From Perkinsus olseni (Eukaryota), in NCBI GenBank assembly GCA_013115125.1, contig JABANN010000020.1, forward strand, positions 1 through 64,000: a stretch of 64,000 bases of DNA, written 5' to 3'. A program made the position numbers and the translations under genes. Within the stretch, counting starts at the first letter, position 1, and each line of letters starts with the position of its first letter. The notes beneath the pieces were generated by a model that was not told the origin of the DNA, did not search any database, and was given only the letters and a program-made list of their open reading frames with translations. Positions 13,128 to 28,929 of the stretch are shown piece by piece.

Positions 13128-13386
13128 GCAGCGTGCGCCTACTGACAGTATCATTGCCATAGCAGACTGTGCCACTTCCTACGTTTCCACATATTTGCCT
13201 CCTCTGATTTGGTCAATCCTGAGAGACGTTATCAGTCCGAGCAATCAGCACTTCGGGGGGCGATTGTCGCTGGACAGGCGTGCCGCGCTTGATGAACCCG
13301 TCACAGAGATGTACCCTCAGTGAGGCTTCAAAGCCAGTAGAGAACGGTGCCGCAGTCGGCAAACGTCGGGTGAGCAGGAGGACAGA

Positions 13387-15470
13387 ATGTCGCCCTCACC
13401 GACTCCTGATGATGCTGCTGTCATGCTGTCAAACCCACGGCGTGTCTCACTTCAGAGCCCACGGAATCCCAACCCCTTTTTGGAGTTCAACAACGAACTC
13501 GAAAGCGCCCGCTTTGATCAACGCAGGGAGATGTAGGCGCTGGGCCCGTGAGGCCTGCAGCTGCCGACGCCCCGTCAGGTTGGAGAGCACCCAACGATCG
13601 AGTTGGACGACAACAGCTGGTCCTAGCATGGCGGCAACGGGGTATCCTAGAGGGAACAGACACATAGACACACTACGTCGAGAGGTGGCGGCGTTATGGA
13701 GGCTGCGCTGCTGCTGCCTCTGACCACTTTCCTGACGGTCAGGCCCGGATGCACGCAATGGAGGAGATGTCAGGGCGTGGTCTGGGGGACCTCTGCGAGC
13801 TGCGACTTGGCCATTCGAGTGCTGTTCGGAATAGCTCCCAACTTGACCCCCTCAGGCGATCCCCGTAATGACATTTTGCCGGGTGGAGGCTGCAGGTGTT
13901 CATCAGATACGGTATGGACCTAGCCAGAGTGGCTGCTCAATCAGCAAGGCAGAACGCTGATGCGAAGAAAGGCGGCCTTCGGGAATGTACGTGGGGGGGG
14001 GGCAGGCTCAGTGTCACTGTAACTTGGCAGATTCCTCCATGCCCTTCGTTCTGCTGCCGAAGTCCGTAGACCATGCACATCGACTGAGGGAGGCTATGTG
14101 TACTCTCTGTCCCGACTTGAAGCCCCGCTCGAAGAAGGTGCTTCGTACTCCCCTTCAGCCCATGTTCGCCGTTCAGCTCTGCGACCTCTGGTTGTAGGCT
14201 GAGATACTAGACAACGCGAGGCTGGACGTGAAGAGTTTATTCAGCAAGAAACACCACAAGCGAGCAGCAGCAGAAGCGGACGACTTCGACCCGATGCAGG
14301 AGACTCTCGAGGTCGTCTGCCGCATAGTGCAGGTCAGCCGGCGGGGAACGTCGTGATCCTGCCGTGCGGAGTAGGACTTCTCAGGAACGCTTCGAGGGTT
14401 CCTTCCGTGCCTTCTTCTTCCGAGTCGACGAGAACGGCAATGGTATCGTGAGCATGCGGGAGTTCGACCAAGGTGTGAGGAGGATGCACCTTTCTGACGA
14501 CTTGGTGAGGAGGAGGGTTACAGACAGCAGCGGACAGCAGCTCCTTGTCGCCTTTAGACTCCTGCACGTATCTTCGGTCTGTTCTCTTATCTCAAAGCAA
14601 CTGACTCCCGTATGTTGCATTGGGAGCAGTTCTCTCGGATAGAAGACTGGTACACCGCCAAGCAGGAGGCGGCAAAGAAGCCACCGTCCCCGACGCCGCA
14701 GGAGAGAGCAGCCCAGGTGCCGACCGAACTGAGACGTTGCTCACTATGTATTATCATCATGTTGCACTACAGTTGTTTGTTTCAGGACAGGATCAACCTC
14801 CTGCGCCAGGGGTTCCAAGACCGGGCCCGGAAGGCTAGAGATGACGTCCATCACATCGGCTTCGCGGACTTCGGAGGTGACGTCAAGTCACAAAGGATCA
14901 GTAAAGCCGCTGTCACAGGGGCTCGGAGGTAAGGCTCTCGTGTGCCTCAACTGCCATTCCCATCTAGTTGAATGACGATACGCATCGAGGCCTCATTGAC
15001 TCAGCTCAGCCGTCACTGGACGGCACGGAACTGTGAAGCGGCAGGCCAGCTCCTCTCGGGGGTTCGATCGGACAGGGACACTCACTCGCCTCGATAGGAG
15101 TAAGAGCGGCATGATACCTGATAAAGGTGAGGACTCATCGAACGACGGGAGGGGTGCGGGAATGGCCTCTTCCACGGTGAAGCCCTTGACGACAGGTATG
15201 GTGCATGTAGCGAGTACGTCGCTGCAACAACCCAGACGACTGCCATCAGGGATCGGTCAAGGAGGTCCGAGGTCATCTCGGTGAGTTGTACTGACCCGTT
15301 ATCTGTGCTCTCCGTCCGATTTTCGCAGGTACAACGGTGACACAAAGCCAAGGAAGCAGACTGCAGACTTACAGAGCCTGGATGGGCAACGACGATCGAC
15401 AAACGACTCGACAGCCACTCAGTTGGATGACACTGAGGCTGGAGATCTTCCGCAACTGTCAGAGTGGTGA
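13387..15470 (+). CDS. Hypothetical EF-hand-containing protein, multi-exon; termini approximate
   Basis: EF-hand FFRVDENGNGIVSMREFDQGV at about 14415-14480; open exons flanked by GT/AG. Confidence 0.55.
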
Positions 15471-15686
15471 GACCAGAGAAGAGAAGTTATCTCATCCGTG
15501 TCCAGGAGTTAACCAACTTGCCGTTTCCCTCTCCCCGTGCGGACACGTCGTTGAACACAGCCGTGCCGCTTGAGAAAACGGGGCGTCCCTATGGGTCACG
15601 GGCCATATCATAACGCGTCGCTCGCTTGGCCTCTTCTGCCCATGCCCTTCGGCATGCCAATCTTATTGTTATCCAGGTCCGAAGAC

Positions 15687-16819
15687 ATGAGTGAAGTTGA
15701 GGCAAGCAATTACCACAGGACAGATCCTAGACTGCTCCTTTGGGAGTTCAGAGATTCTCTCTGCAAGATCACGGTGAGTGTCTGCCAATCTCGCCCAGTC
15801 CGGGAGTCCCGGATCTAAGAGGATCATGCCCCTCGGCCTACTGCACGCCTGTGCCCCTAGGTGTTCCCGAACGGCGACCCTCACCATGGAGGACGGCTAC
15901 TCATCGTCCGCCGTCATAGGGCTGACGACCACGACTTCTCTCTGCTAATGGTCGACTGCGTTCGTCAAGGTAGCCAGGTCCCAGCTTTCGTGTCTAAGCA
16001 CAGTCCTTGTCTACCATTAGGAGTCTTGCCCCTGGGCGGCCCTCCTACACTGCTTTGGACGAGTGACTCCTTCGAACCAGTCAGGAGCCTCCATGACTTG
16101 CACGATGACGCCCATTACATAGCGTCAGCTGGCGAACACGACGTGCCGAGAGAAGAGCGCCTCCCGCCATCGATCCGAAAGAAGAGACAGGAGTTCCTGA
16201 ACACCTCCAATGTGAGTCCTTATGGGGGTTGAGGGAGCTTCTGCGTCCCAGGCTATAGACTATCGACAGGTCGGCTCCTCTGCGGATGCATCGCGGGCAA
16301 CCGGTGAGACTATGGCGACCAGGAGACTGAGCACTGTCGGGTCTACACCAGGGTGGGCCTACTCGTCTCGACATCCGCCGTACATGTCCCTTCTCACGAT
16401 TCGGGAGGCGGAAGATCTCCTGGGTAAGGTCGCCTCTCTCAGGACCGCATCGGACGTCCTCGAGGAACTCAGCGCCGTACTATCAACACCCTTATACAAG
16501 TCAGCTCATGCAACGTGGAAGATGAAGGCGATACAGATGATGCAGAAGGCCAACACGGCACGACTTGAAGATGTAAGCTGCTCCTACCCTTCACGACATT
16601 GGAAACGCTCTCATAGTCCAGCATTCTCAGGCTCTTCTTGACAGAGGGATCGTACGGCGGGACCGAGACCACCTGAGCATGGTTCGGCGAACAAGACGGG
16701 ACTTGAAGAAGGACCTCCGGTAACGGACTGGTCTGTCTCCGAGCATGATGCCCTCCACAGGTTTATCCGTCGACAACTTGGCTGCGTTTAGGATGGCACA
16801 GCGTCATACCATCATGTAA
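15687..16819 (+). CDS. Doublecortin (DCX) domain protein; start approximate
   Basis: Spliced ITVFPNGDPHHGGRLLIVRR...FSLLMVDCVRQGVLPLGGPPTLLWTSDSFEPVRSLHDLHDDAHYIASAGE matches the DCX consensus (NGD...G...V.SL.DL...Y.A.GE). Confidence 0.7.
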
Positions 16820-17268
16820 CACTTCTACTGATGTGTTCCTTATCCTACTATACCCAAGTGGTAGGCTGCTACTGCCGAGTTCTCGTAGTTATCAATAGGG
16901 AGTCCTCCAAACTCGAGCAGGGGAACGAGATAATTTCGCTGAAGTTGAACCTTCTGTTGGGGGTACACGAGAGCGACGGGCATGTAGCTTGGAGAAGGCG
17001 GCCCGCCAGACCATTTCCTATCGATGATAACCTATGGGATCGCCCGTTGAATATGTTCTGCGTCTGTTCCGGGCGTGTGCTCCGTCCTCGTCATTTCCCT
17101 AGGGAGGGCATGGTGGACTGCTGATGTGCACTCGATCACACCCTGCTTGGTGTTGGTCCTGACTATGGTGGTGGATGTAGAAAAGCCATCGCAGACACCT
17201 ACCGCGCCCTCTCCTTCCGGCTGTGCGTCGCGGCCGTACGTGACATGTGTAGCTGTCTCGAAGGATAA

Positions 17269-18522
17269 ATGGCAGCGGCGGCCTACATCGGGCTCAAAGC
17301 GGCCAGACGTCAGCAGGCCTCGGCTGCCCGGGTACTGGCACACGATCAACACGCGAAGGAGCGGAGACGTATAATATCGGTGAGCTAAGTGGCTAAGATA
17401 TAAGCAGGAACACTGTGGATCTATCGACTCCTTGCGAGAAGAACGAGGGTTTGAGCGGAAATCCGGGAAATGCTATGGAGAATCTTAGTGTGCTAGCCGT
17501 TGCTGAAGGGACTGCATTGCTATTAGCCTGAGCCATGCAGATATTCCAAAAGTATGATACTGACAAGACACTCCAACTCGAACGAGATCAGCTGGCTCTG
17601 CTGCTCCGAGATTATAATGGCGGCAAGGACCCCGATGCTGATGAGGTCAGTTCATAGGGCCATGTATTGGGATTTGCCAGATGAGTCTGATGGGACGGTA
17701 TGGGGAGGATGCCATTCATTTAATGGCCCGAGGCTGACCAGGTGTTGTTCAATAGGCTGCCTCCCACCTTTTCGGGAGCGCTCCCGGGAGCGTGTTTCAC
17801 ACGTATAACTCAATCCTGCGTGCGCTCCTGAACTTCGGCACGGGCGTATCGAATAGCCCAGAACTCTACAGCCACTCCCTTAACAGGTGGAATTCATCCT
17901 TAAAGTTGCAGACACGGACGGCACGGATGCTATAGGGCAGGACGAGGTCCTCTATGCGTTGAAGGTTTGGAGCACGTGAGAGTCGGAACCCCATGCCACA
18001 GGATTGTGGACAGCCTTCAGGTACCGCCACGCGAAGGAGCGGATCCGAGAGTACTTCGAGAAGTATGATTTCACTCGGGACGGCTACTTGGACCATGACG
18101 AGTTGAAGCTGTTCCTTGTAGAGCTCAACGATGGGTTTAAGGTAGATGGATTCTGTCATCATTGATCCATCTCGGAAAATTCCAGTGGATATAACACAAA
18201 TGAAAAGACAACATATTGCCAACTCGATCCACGCTCCGCTTCCGCTCTCTGACTGTGGCCGAGGGCAGTTCTCGGTCGCAGGTGACCAAGGAGGAGGTCA
18301 ACTGGGTGTTCAGTAAAGCGGACGTGTTGGAGGATGGAAAGATACATGAAGTGGAGTTCCTGTCCGCCGTCAGCGCCTGGTACCACACATCCCGCTCATC
18401 CTGAGAGAGAGCTCAGCGCGGCCTGTTCTGATCGAATCCGCGTCAATTTGGCGGAAGGAAGGGTTTCTAGGTACGCCAACGTGGAGGACAAGGAGGACGA
18501 GCGATGCTGCAGCATCGTGTGA
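17269..18522 (+). CDS. Calmodulin-like four-EF-hand protein with C-terminal CaaX (CCSIV)
   Basis: EF-hand-like loops YDTDKTLQLERDQL, ADTDGTDAIGQDEV, YDFTRDGYLDHDEL and ADVLEDGKIHEVEF; ends ...EDERCCSIV*. Confidence 0.8.
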
Positions 18523-18669
18523 AGTAGTTCGTTGCTCCGTCGACGGCGGATGACCAGGCCACGTGCCGCTGTCGTGGGACTTGACTGTTGTGTTGTAGCA
18601 GAGCTCCGAACGCACGGGCCTCGGCGACGGAATACGTCAGAACTCAGTGCCCCTTACACTTCTCTCACG

Positions 18670-23135
<4,466 letters not shown>

Positions 23136-23292
23136 AGTAGTCCAATGAAGTCGCGGAGCCTAGGGTTCAAATGCCTGTCTCTGAAGACTGTAAAATGTAT
23201 TGGGATCTTCCCTGGCCGAAGAACCCCGGTCTCCGTCGTTGCCAATTGTACATCGGTAAGGAAAATGAGAGAAGAGGGTCCTTCGGCGACCC

Positions 23293-24013
23293 CTATATTT
23301 GCATGAGGATATCGCAGAGGGCGCATGCCGCACAAGCACCTGTAAAGAGGGCTTCCTCAGCAGCATACATCACCGAGCACGCTTCGTACCGAGCATTCCC
23401 GCACAGCAGGCGAGGCCAGCATCATCATTGTCGTAGCGACGCCGATCGTCTGACTCGTGAATGATGATGGTTTGCTTTGGTGGTTGCTGATAGTGCATCG
23501 GTTGTGCATACCTACAGAAACCACCACGTTGGGTCTCACTGGAGAAATCGCTGAACATAAGTGTGTATGGTAGAGTGCCCTTTAGAGGAGACCCTCAGGG
23601 ACGGCACGAAGCCGCAGAACACCCCTCCCTACGCTGTTGACTGATAAGAGTTAGCATATGATGCTGTTGGTGGAAGTTGAACTTGAAAAACTTGGCCAGG
23701 ACTAAGTCCATGAGGCACCTGTACCTAGACGGCAAAGGACAACATCATTCCGCCCAGAAATTCAAGCACGAGCCTACCTGAACCGGTGCCCCAGTGTAAG
23801 GGTTGGTAATTTGGAGTGTGGTGCCACCTACAGCACCAGGAGGGACCTGGACCTGACAACGGTAGCTCAGTTGCACAAGGACAGGGATAGGCCATCCTAT
23901 GGCAGCGTGAAGGCACACAATCTTACGGAAATGATGCTGCTGCCGCCCCCTCCGGTTGCACCCTGGTTCCCTCCTTGATAAGGATTGTAGGCCGGTGGGG
24001 CTGATGCTGCCAT
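23293..24013 (-). CDS. Small VPxG-module protein with Cys-rich hydrophobic tail (CYSTM-like), paralog A
   Basis: MAASAPPAYNPYQGG...VQVPPGAVGGTTLQITNPYTGAPVQVQVPHGLSPGQVFQVQL...QTIIIHE...ACCAGMLGACAACALCDILMQI*. Confidence 0.75.
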
Positions 24014-24291
24014 GGCCAAACTGACCGACTTACAGTGTTATCCCTAGCATTATGTAGAACGCTGCAACGGCGACGGTTAGAAAAACGACTCGCACTATAG
24101 AGGAACAACACGGAGCGTAGCTCAGTAGTACTAGGATTAGCTACAAAATGCTTCCGCCACTAGGGGAGCGTTAGAAAACGACAGAAAGAAAACAATATAT
24201 AAGGTAGACAGTAGGAGAACGTGAGGCCTCATAACCGAACAATTTGACTTTGCAAATTCCTCTAAACAGCAGTGGAGTGGGCGTCATCGGC

Positions 24292-24818
24292 TCATCCGAT
24301 GGCCTCGCCCAGTAGGCAACACGACAGCATAGCTGAGAGGGGAGGACATGACACACCATAGCCGTATAGAGGAGACTTACTAGAAAGGCAGAGGCAACAG
24401 CTGGCGGCTGAAGCGGCAGCCTCGGCATTGTCATCGACTGGGGGACGACTACTGTCCGTGATAATGACCGTTTGATGGGGAGGATGCTGGTATCTGACCA
24501 TGGAAGTCATTATGCAAGCTGAGCACCCCTTCCCTATTTACGAGGTGCCGTAGGAGTCGTAACCCCCGTATCCAGCGTCGTATGGGTGGCCTGTTACTAT
24601 GGTCGGGGCAACCTGAAGGATGATGACTTAGTGGTGGTTCGCTCCCCCCGCCCTCCTAGTGGAGGTAGTGCTACTACTACCTCTACGTTGAACGTATCAC
24701 CGGGATTGAGACCGGCTGGCACTTGGACCTGCATGGGCCTTCCCGTGGCAGGATCAGTTATCTGCAGGGTGCTTCCACCAGAAGCCCCTTGTGGAACCTG
24801 GACTGACAGTATTGCCAT
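24292..24818 (-). CDS. Small VPxG-module/CYSTM-like protein, paralog B
   Basis: MAILSVQVPQGASGGSTLQITDPATGRPMQVQVPAGLNPGDTFNVE...HQTVIITD...AASCCLCL..MLSCCLLGEAIG*. Confidence 0.75.
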
Positions 24819-25213
24819 AAGAATGAACTAGAACTGGACCGCTGCGAAAGATGAGCGCATAGGTTATGACCAAGCCAGTCAGCACCGCTTCGTGTACGAC
24901 TCTCTGCACGCTGTGAGTACAACAGCCAACAGATAGGCCCGTGCAATGGGCCGTTAGTTATTCATAGTCAATGTTGCCGGTCTACGAACTCGACAATATC
25001 AGACTGTAGCAATGTGGATTGCCATTGAGCGCTGACTCGATTCAGAGGATTATTGAAGGGGGAAAGGCACACATACGTGGCTAACGATAAGGAGGACAGT
25101 GCTTGTTGTAGTAGAAGAAGAGTAAGTATAATAAACGAAATGATGCGGCCGCTGCTGCTGCTGTGATCTTCCACTGGTTGATCTGAGCGGCGGTTGAATA
25201 AAGTCAAGCAGAT

Positions 25214-25747
25214 TTAGCTGCAGGCCTCACCCAGGGCGCAACAAGCCAGGAGACCTGAGGAAGATGATGACAATGATGATATGCTGCTCCCTGTGTCCAT
25301 GATGTAGGACAATGGTATCCCTCATTACTTGCACACCATGCACAACATGCCGCAGAGCCAGCAGCATCAGCCGCACTTGGGCTCTGACCGGGTCCGCTAT
25401 TGATGATAACTGTCTGAGGAGGAGCCTGGCTCGTATGATGCCTGAGAGCAGATCAAACTTGTGCATTCTAGTACCGACACCAGTAGGTATTATTACTGCA
25501 CGCCGCCGTAAGGTTGATTAGGACCCCCAACGGGCTGGCCTTGGACAATGGTCGGGCCGAGCTGAGAGAGGACCGTCGCAATGGGTACGGGTTAACGAGT
25601 GGATATTACATCAACATTGAAGGTATCACCCGGCTTGAGGCCGGCTGGGACCTGCACCTGGAAGGGCCTGCCGGAGGTGGGATCAATGATCTGGATTGTA
25701 CTGCCACCAGTGGCCCCTTGAGGAACTTGAACCGACACAGTGATCAT
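25214..25747 (-). CDS. Small VPxG-module/CYSTM-like protein, paralog C
   Basis: MITVSVQVPQGATGGSTIQIIDPTSGRPFQVQVPAGLKPGDTFNVD...PQTVIINS...AACCAWCASLLACCALGEACS*. Confidence 0.75.
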
Positions 25748-26033
25748 CGGGACAGGAGAGGAGACAGGAAGAGGAAAAAGAAGAAACTGTAGACCGCCGT
25801 CATGGTAATGAACCGTTAGAACGAAATTCTCGCTGCAATGCTGAGAGGGAACATCCCTAAGTGAATGAAATTAAATCGCTGAGTCAAAAGGATGTACTGA
25901 ATGGCTGACTAAATAGCAGTATGCCCTAGCAATAGCAAGGTTGTGAGACTGATAAGGGGGTTTATAGTTCGTTGATATGACGACGATGATGTCCGTCATC
26001 ATTACGCGCAGGTATTTTAGTATGTACTCTTGT

Positions 26034-26579
26034 CTAGTTCCAAAGGGTGCCCAATGTGAAGCAGGAGAGCATGGCTGAGAAGGAGGCGTGGGTAGATGTA
26101 TCGAGACGACAGTAGAGGTACTACCGGCTAACCAAGTGCAGCAAGATGCGCACGCTGCGGCATTGGCCGCATCCTCCATGTCCCTCCCGTCCTGGGGGGT
26201 AAGGTCAGTGATTATAACAGCTTGATGTGGTGGGTAGTTATACCTGATACCACCTCTTCCCTTACATCTACGACAGCAGGGGAATGCCTACCTGCCAAAG
26301 TTATCGTACTGTCCACTGAGAGGGACCCCGGTGACAGTAGGGCTCATCTGAGTATTTTGGTCATACCACATTATCCGCAACTAATCCCAGTAGTACCTCC
26401 ACATTGAACTTGTCTCCAGGCTTGAGACCAGCCGGCACTTGTACCCTCATTGGCCTTCCGCTGCCTGGATCCGTTATCTCCAGTGTACTGCCTTCCTTAG
26501 CACCCTGCGGTACTTCTACTGTGACCGATGCCGTTATTACAAGACAAGAATCAAGAAGTAAAAAAACTGAGAAGAGCAT
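26034..26579 (-). CDS. Small VPxG-module/CYSTM-like protein, paralog D (hydrophobic N-terminus)
   Basis: MLFSVFLLLDSCLVITASVTVEVPQGAKEGSTLEITDPGSGRPMRVQVPAGLKPGDKFNVE...HQAVIITD...AACASCCTWLA.MLSCFTLGTLWN*. Confidence 0.75.
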
Positions 26580-26629
26580 GGAAGTCGTGGTGAAGCGCTC
26601 GAGCTTTGCAGACATTATCAAGTCGGAGG

Positions 26630-26669
26630 GTGTCAAATTGACACTGTCAATGACTCATTGACAATGAGT
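26630..26669. repeat. Chain of four overlapping perfect inverted repeats (TTGACA/TGTCAA-rich) at a divergent strand switch
   Basis: GTGTCAA-A-TTGACAC (26630-26644), TTGACA-C-TGTCAA (26638-26650), TGTCAATGA-C-TCATTGACA (26645-26663), ACTCATTG-A-CAATGAGT (26653-26669). Confidence 0.85.
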
Positions 26670-26981
26670 GGCCGCCGCCTGTCTGAGGAGGACACACTGC
26701 GGCACAACGATTATGCTGTGGGTCAAAATCTTCTGCGGCTGCGTGAAGTTTAACCACATTCGGAATATTTCTCTCGATACTAATCGCTTGTAAAAGCTAG
26801 CACGGTCGCAAGATGCGACGTTAGCTGAAAGCTGCTACCTGGAGGGCCAACTCGCGACAGTAAAGGCTAGTGGACAGAATGACTGATGAGTTCACCGATG
26901 GTTGGGAAGTGTTCACCGGAAAGTTAGTTCATCACTGGACGTCGTTACGGCTCCTAAGACTTATTTCTATTGCTCATTCGG

Positions 26982-28929
26982 ATGATGGATTTCGACGACT
27001 ATTCCCTCCTTCTCGCAGCCACCATAGTAACCCTAGTGGCTCTGGTAGTGGGCAGGATGCTCCACCAAAGGATGGCTCGCTCGAAGGCTGCAAGTACGGC
27101 CATACTTGACGAAGCAGCTATGGCGATCATCATGAACTGTGATCAGGTTCCGGGCCGCGGCCTATGTCCTGGATGGAAGAGCACATGTTCCTGAGTGATT
27201 GCTTCCCGAAGGAAGCTAACATCACGCCCGCCTGTAACGTCATCAACTGCGAGGTCTTCTTCAAGGACGGCCTTCCGGCTGCTGATAAAGTCGAGAAACT
27301 TGTGAGGGAAGATGTAAGAGCTATCGGCTAGGCCCTCCTGCGGTCGTCATGCCTGATGAGATTGTCTTTGATGGTGGCTACAGTTACTCTCTTTCGTTCG
27401 CTTCTCTGCTGTCCCGGACCTGAAGTCCCACGGGTGGAAGATGGTGGATGTTGATTTAGCGAACCATATTTTCACCTACAAGCCTGTTGAAAACCGCCAA
27501 GCACTTGACGCTAAGGTTGATGAGGTAGCGCTTTGGCATGTATACTGTGGGTAGTAGTGAAGCCTTGCAGATTGTCAACACTGATCTACCCGGTGACAAG
27601 CCGTTATGGCAAGTTCATCTACTTCCAGCCGCTACTGGGGCTGAGCAGAAGGACTGTGTTGTCTTCCGCTGTCACCACACAGTGGCGGATGGCCTCTGCT
27701 TGGTAAGGCTACTGGCTTTTCCCAATATCATCATCATCATCCAATGCACGTCGTCTTCTTAAGGTCCAACTGCTGGACAAGGTGGCCACCACCCCCGATG
27801 GGAAGCCTATCAAATTTGTCAATTTCAAAGCTAAGAAGTCCGCCACGCAGAAAAGCATGCTCGGAAGGATTCTATACAACTTCCTCTACTCGTTGGAATG
27901 GGTAAGATACCTTCGTATCTCCTTCTTTGGGTTACGACCTCACCGTTGTTCGCAGGTCCGCTCCTTTGTGTCGAACCTGCGTCAAGCTCAACAGCCCTTC
28001 GAGACAGACTACGGATTCGATGCTCCTCTCTCTCATCGATCTGGCGATATGCGATACAGTGGCTCCCGCAAATCCATATGCTTCGAGCCGTTCTCTCTGG
28101 ACTACGTTAAGGCCATCAAGAATAAGGCGCCTGGCAAGGTGAGTTCGGGTCATTCAGTGTTGTGCAGCTCATGGATGTGGATGGCGTCAGATCACAGTAA
28201 ATGATGTGTTGTTGGGTGCGATGGTTGGCGCCATGAGAAGGTATGGTGGAGATGCTGTCGATGATAACACCATCATGAGGATGCTCATACCCGTCGGTGC
28301 TCCCATCGATTTTGGTGCCAATCCTCCGCCTGAGGGAGATCGACTCGGCAATAACTGGTCGTTCGCTAGCGCTGATCTGAGCAAGGTGAGTACCACGCTC
28401 GTCTTCATAGTTACGTTCTCCCATTGGAATTGTGTTTTGTTCTTTTGTAGGCTATCAGAGCTGAGGACTCAGTAGCCCGAGTTGAGATCACCGATGCTGT
28501 CATGAATCGCCTGAAGAAGTCTCTGGATTCTACCACATCCAACTTCATCACCAACAAGTTAATGCCTCTGCTGCCGCCATCCAAGGCCCAGCACTCCACC
28601 AAAGACCTCTACGCTAGGCATACTGCTATCTTCTCGAATGTGCCTGGTCCCCAGCTGCCTTGCTGTGTGGGTGGCAAGGAGATAGAGGCCGTCTATCCTA
28701 TATTCCTCACTCTTGTTGAACAGGTAGCTTCTTCTTGAGATAGGGTTAATGTGGTAGCGAGTATTACTATGATGTTCAGGTAATCGTCATGTCCTACAAT
28801 GGCAAGTTCTACTTCAACACAACTCTCGATCCCAATGTGGTGACGGACTATGAAAAGTTCGAAGGCTACTACCGTGACGAGCTATTGGACATGGGCAAGC
28901 GCCTCGGCATTACCGATGTTCAGCTTTAA
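26982..28929 (+). CDS. Wax ester synthase/diacylglycerol acyltransferase (WS/DGAT, WSD1-like), copy 1
   Basis: N-terminal TM segment; DKPLWQVHL; catalytic HHxxxDG (RCHHTVADG); TVNDVLLGAMVGAMRRY; LGNNW; FSNVPGP; MSYNG. Confidence 0.92.

Noticed and set aside
17032-17352. Minus-strand 106-aa ORF
   Set aside because: It overlaps the first exon of the plus-strand EF-hand gene and has no recognisable motif.
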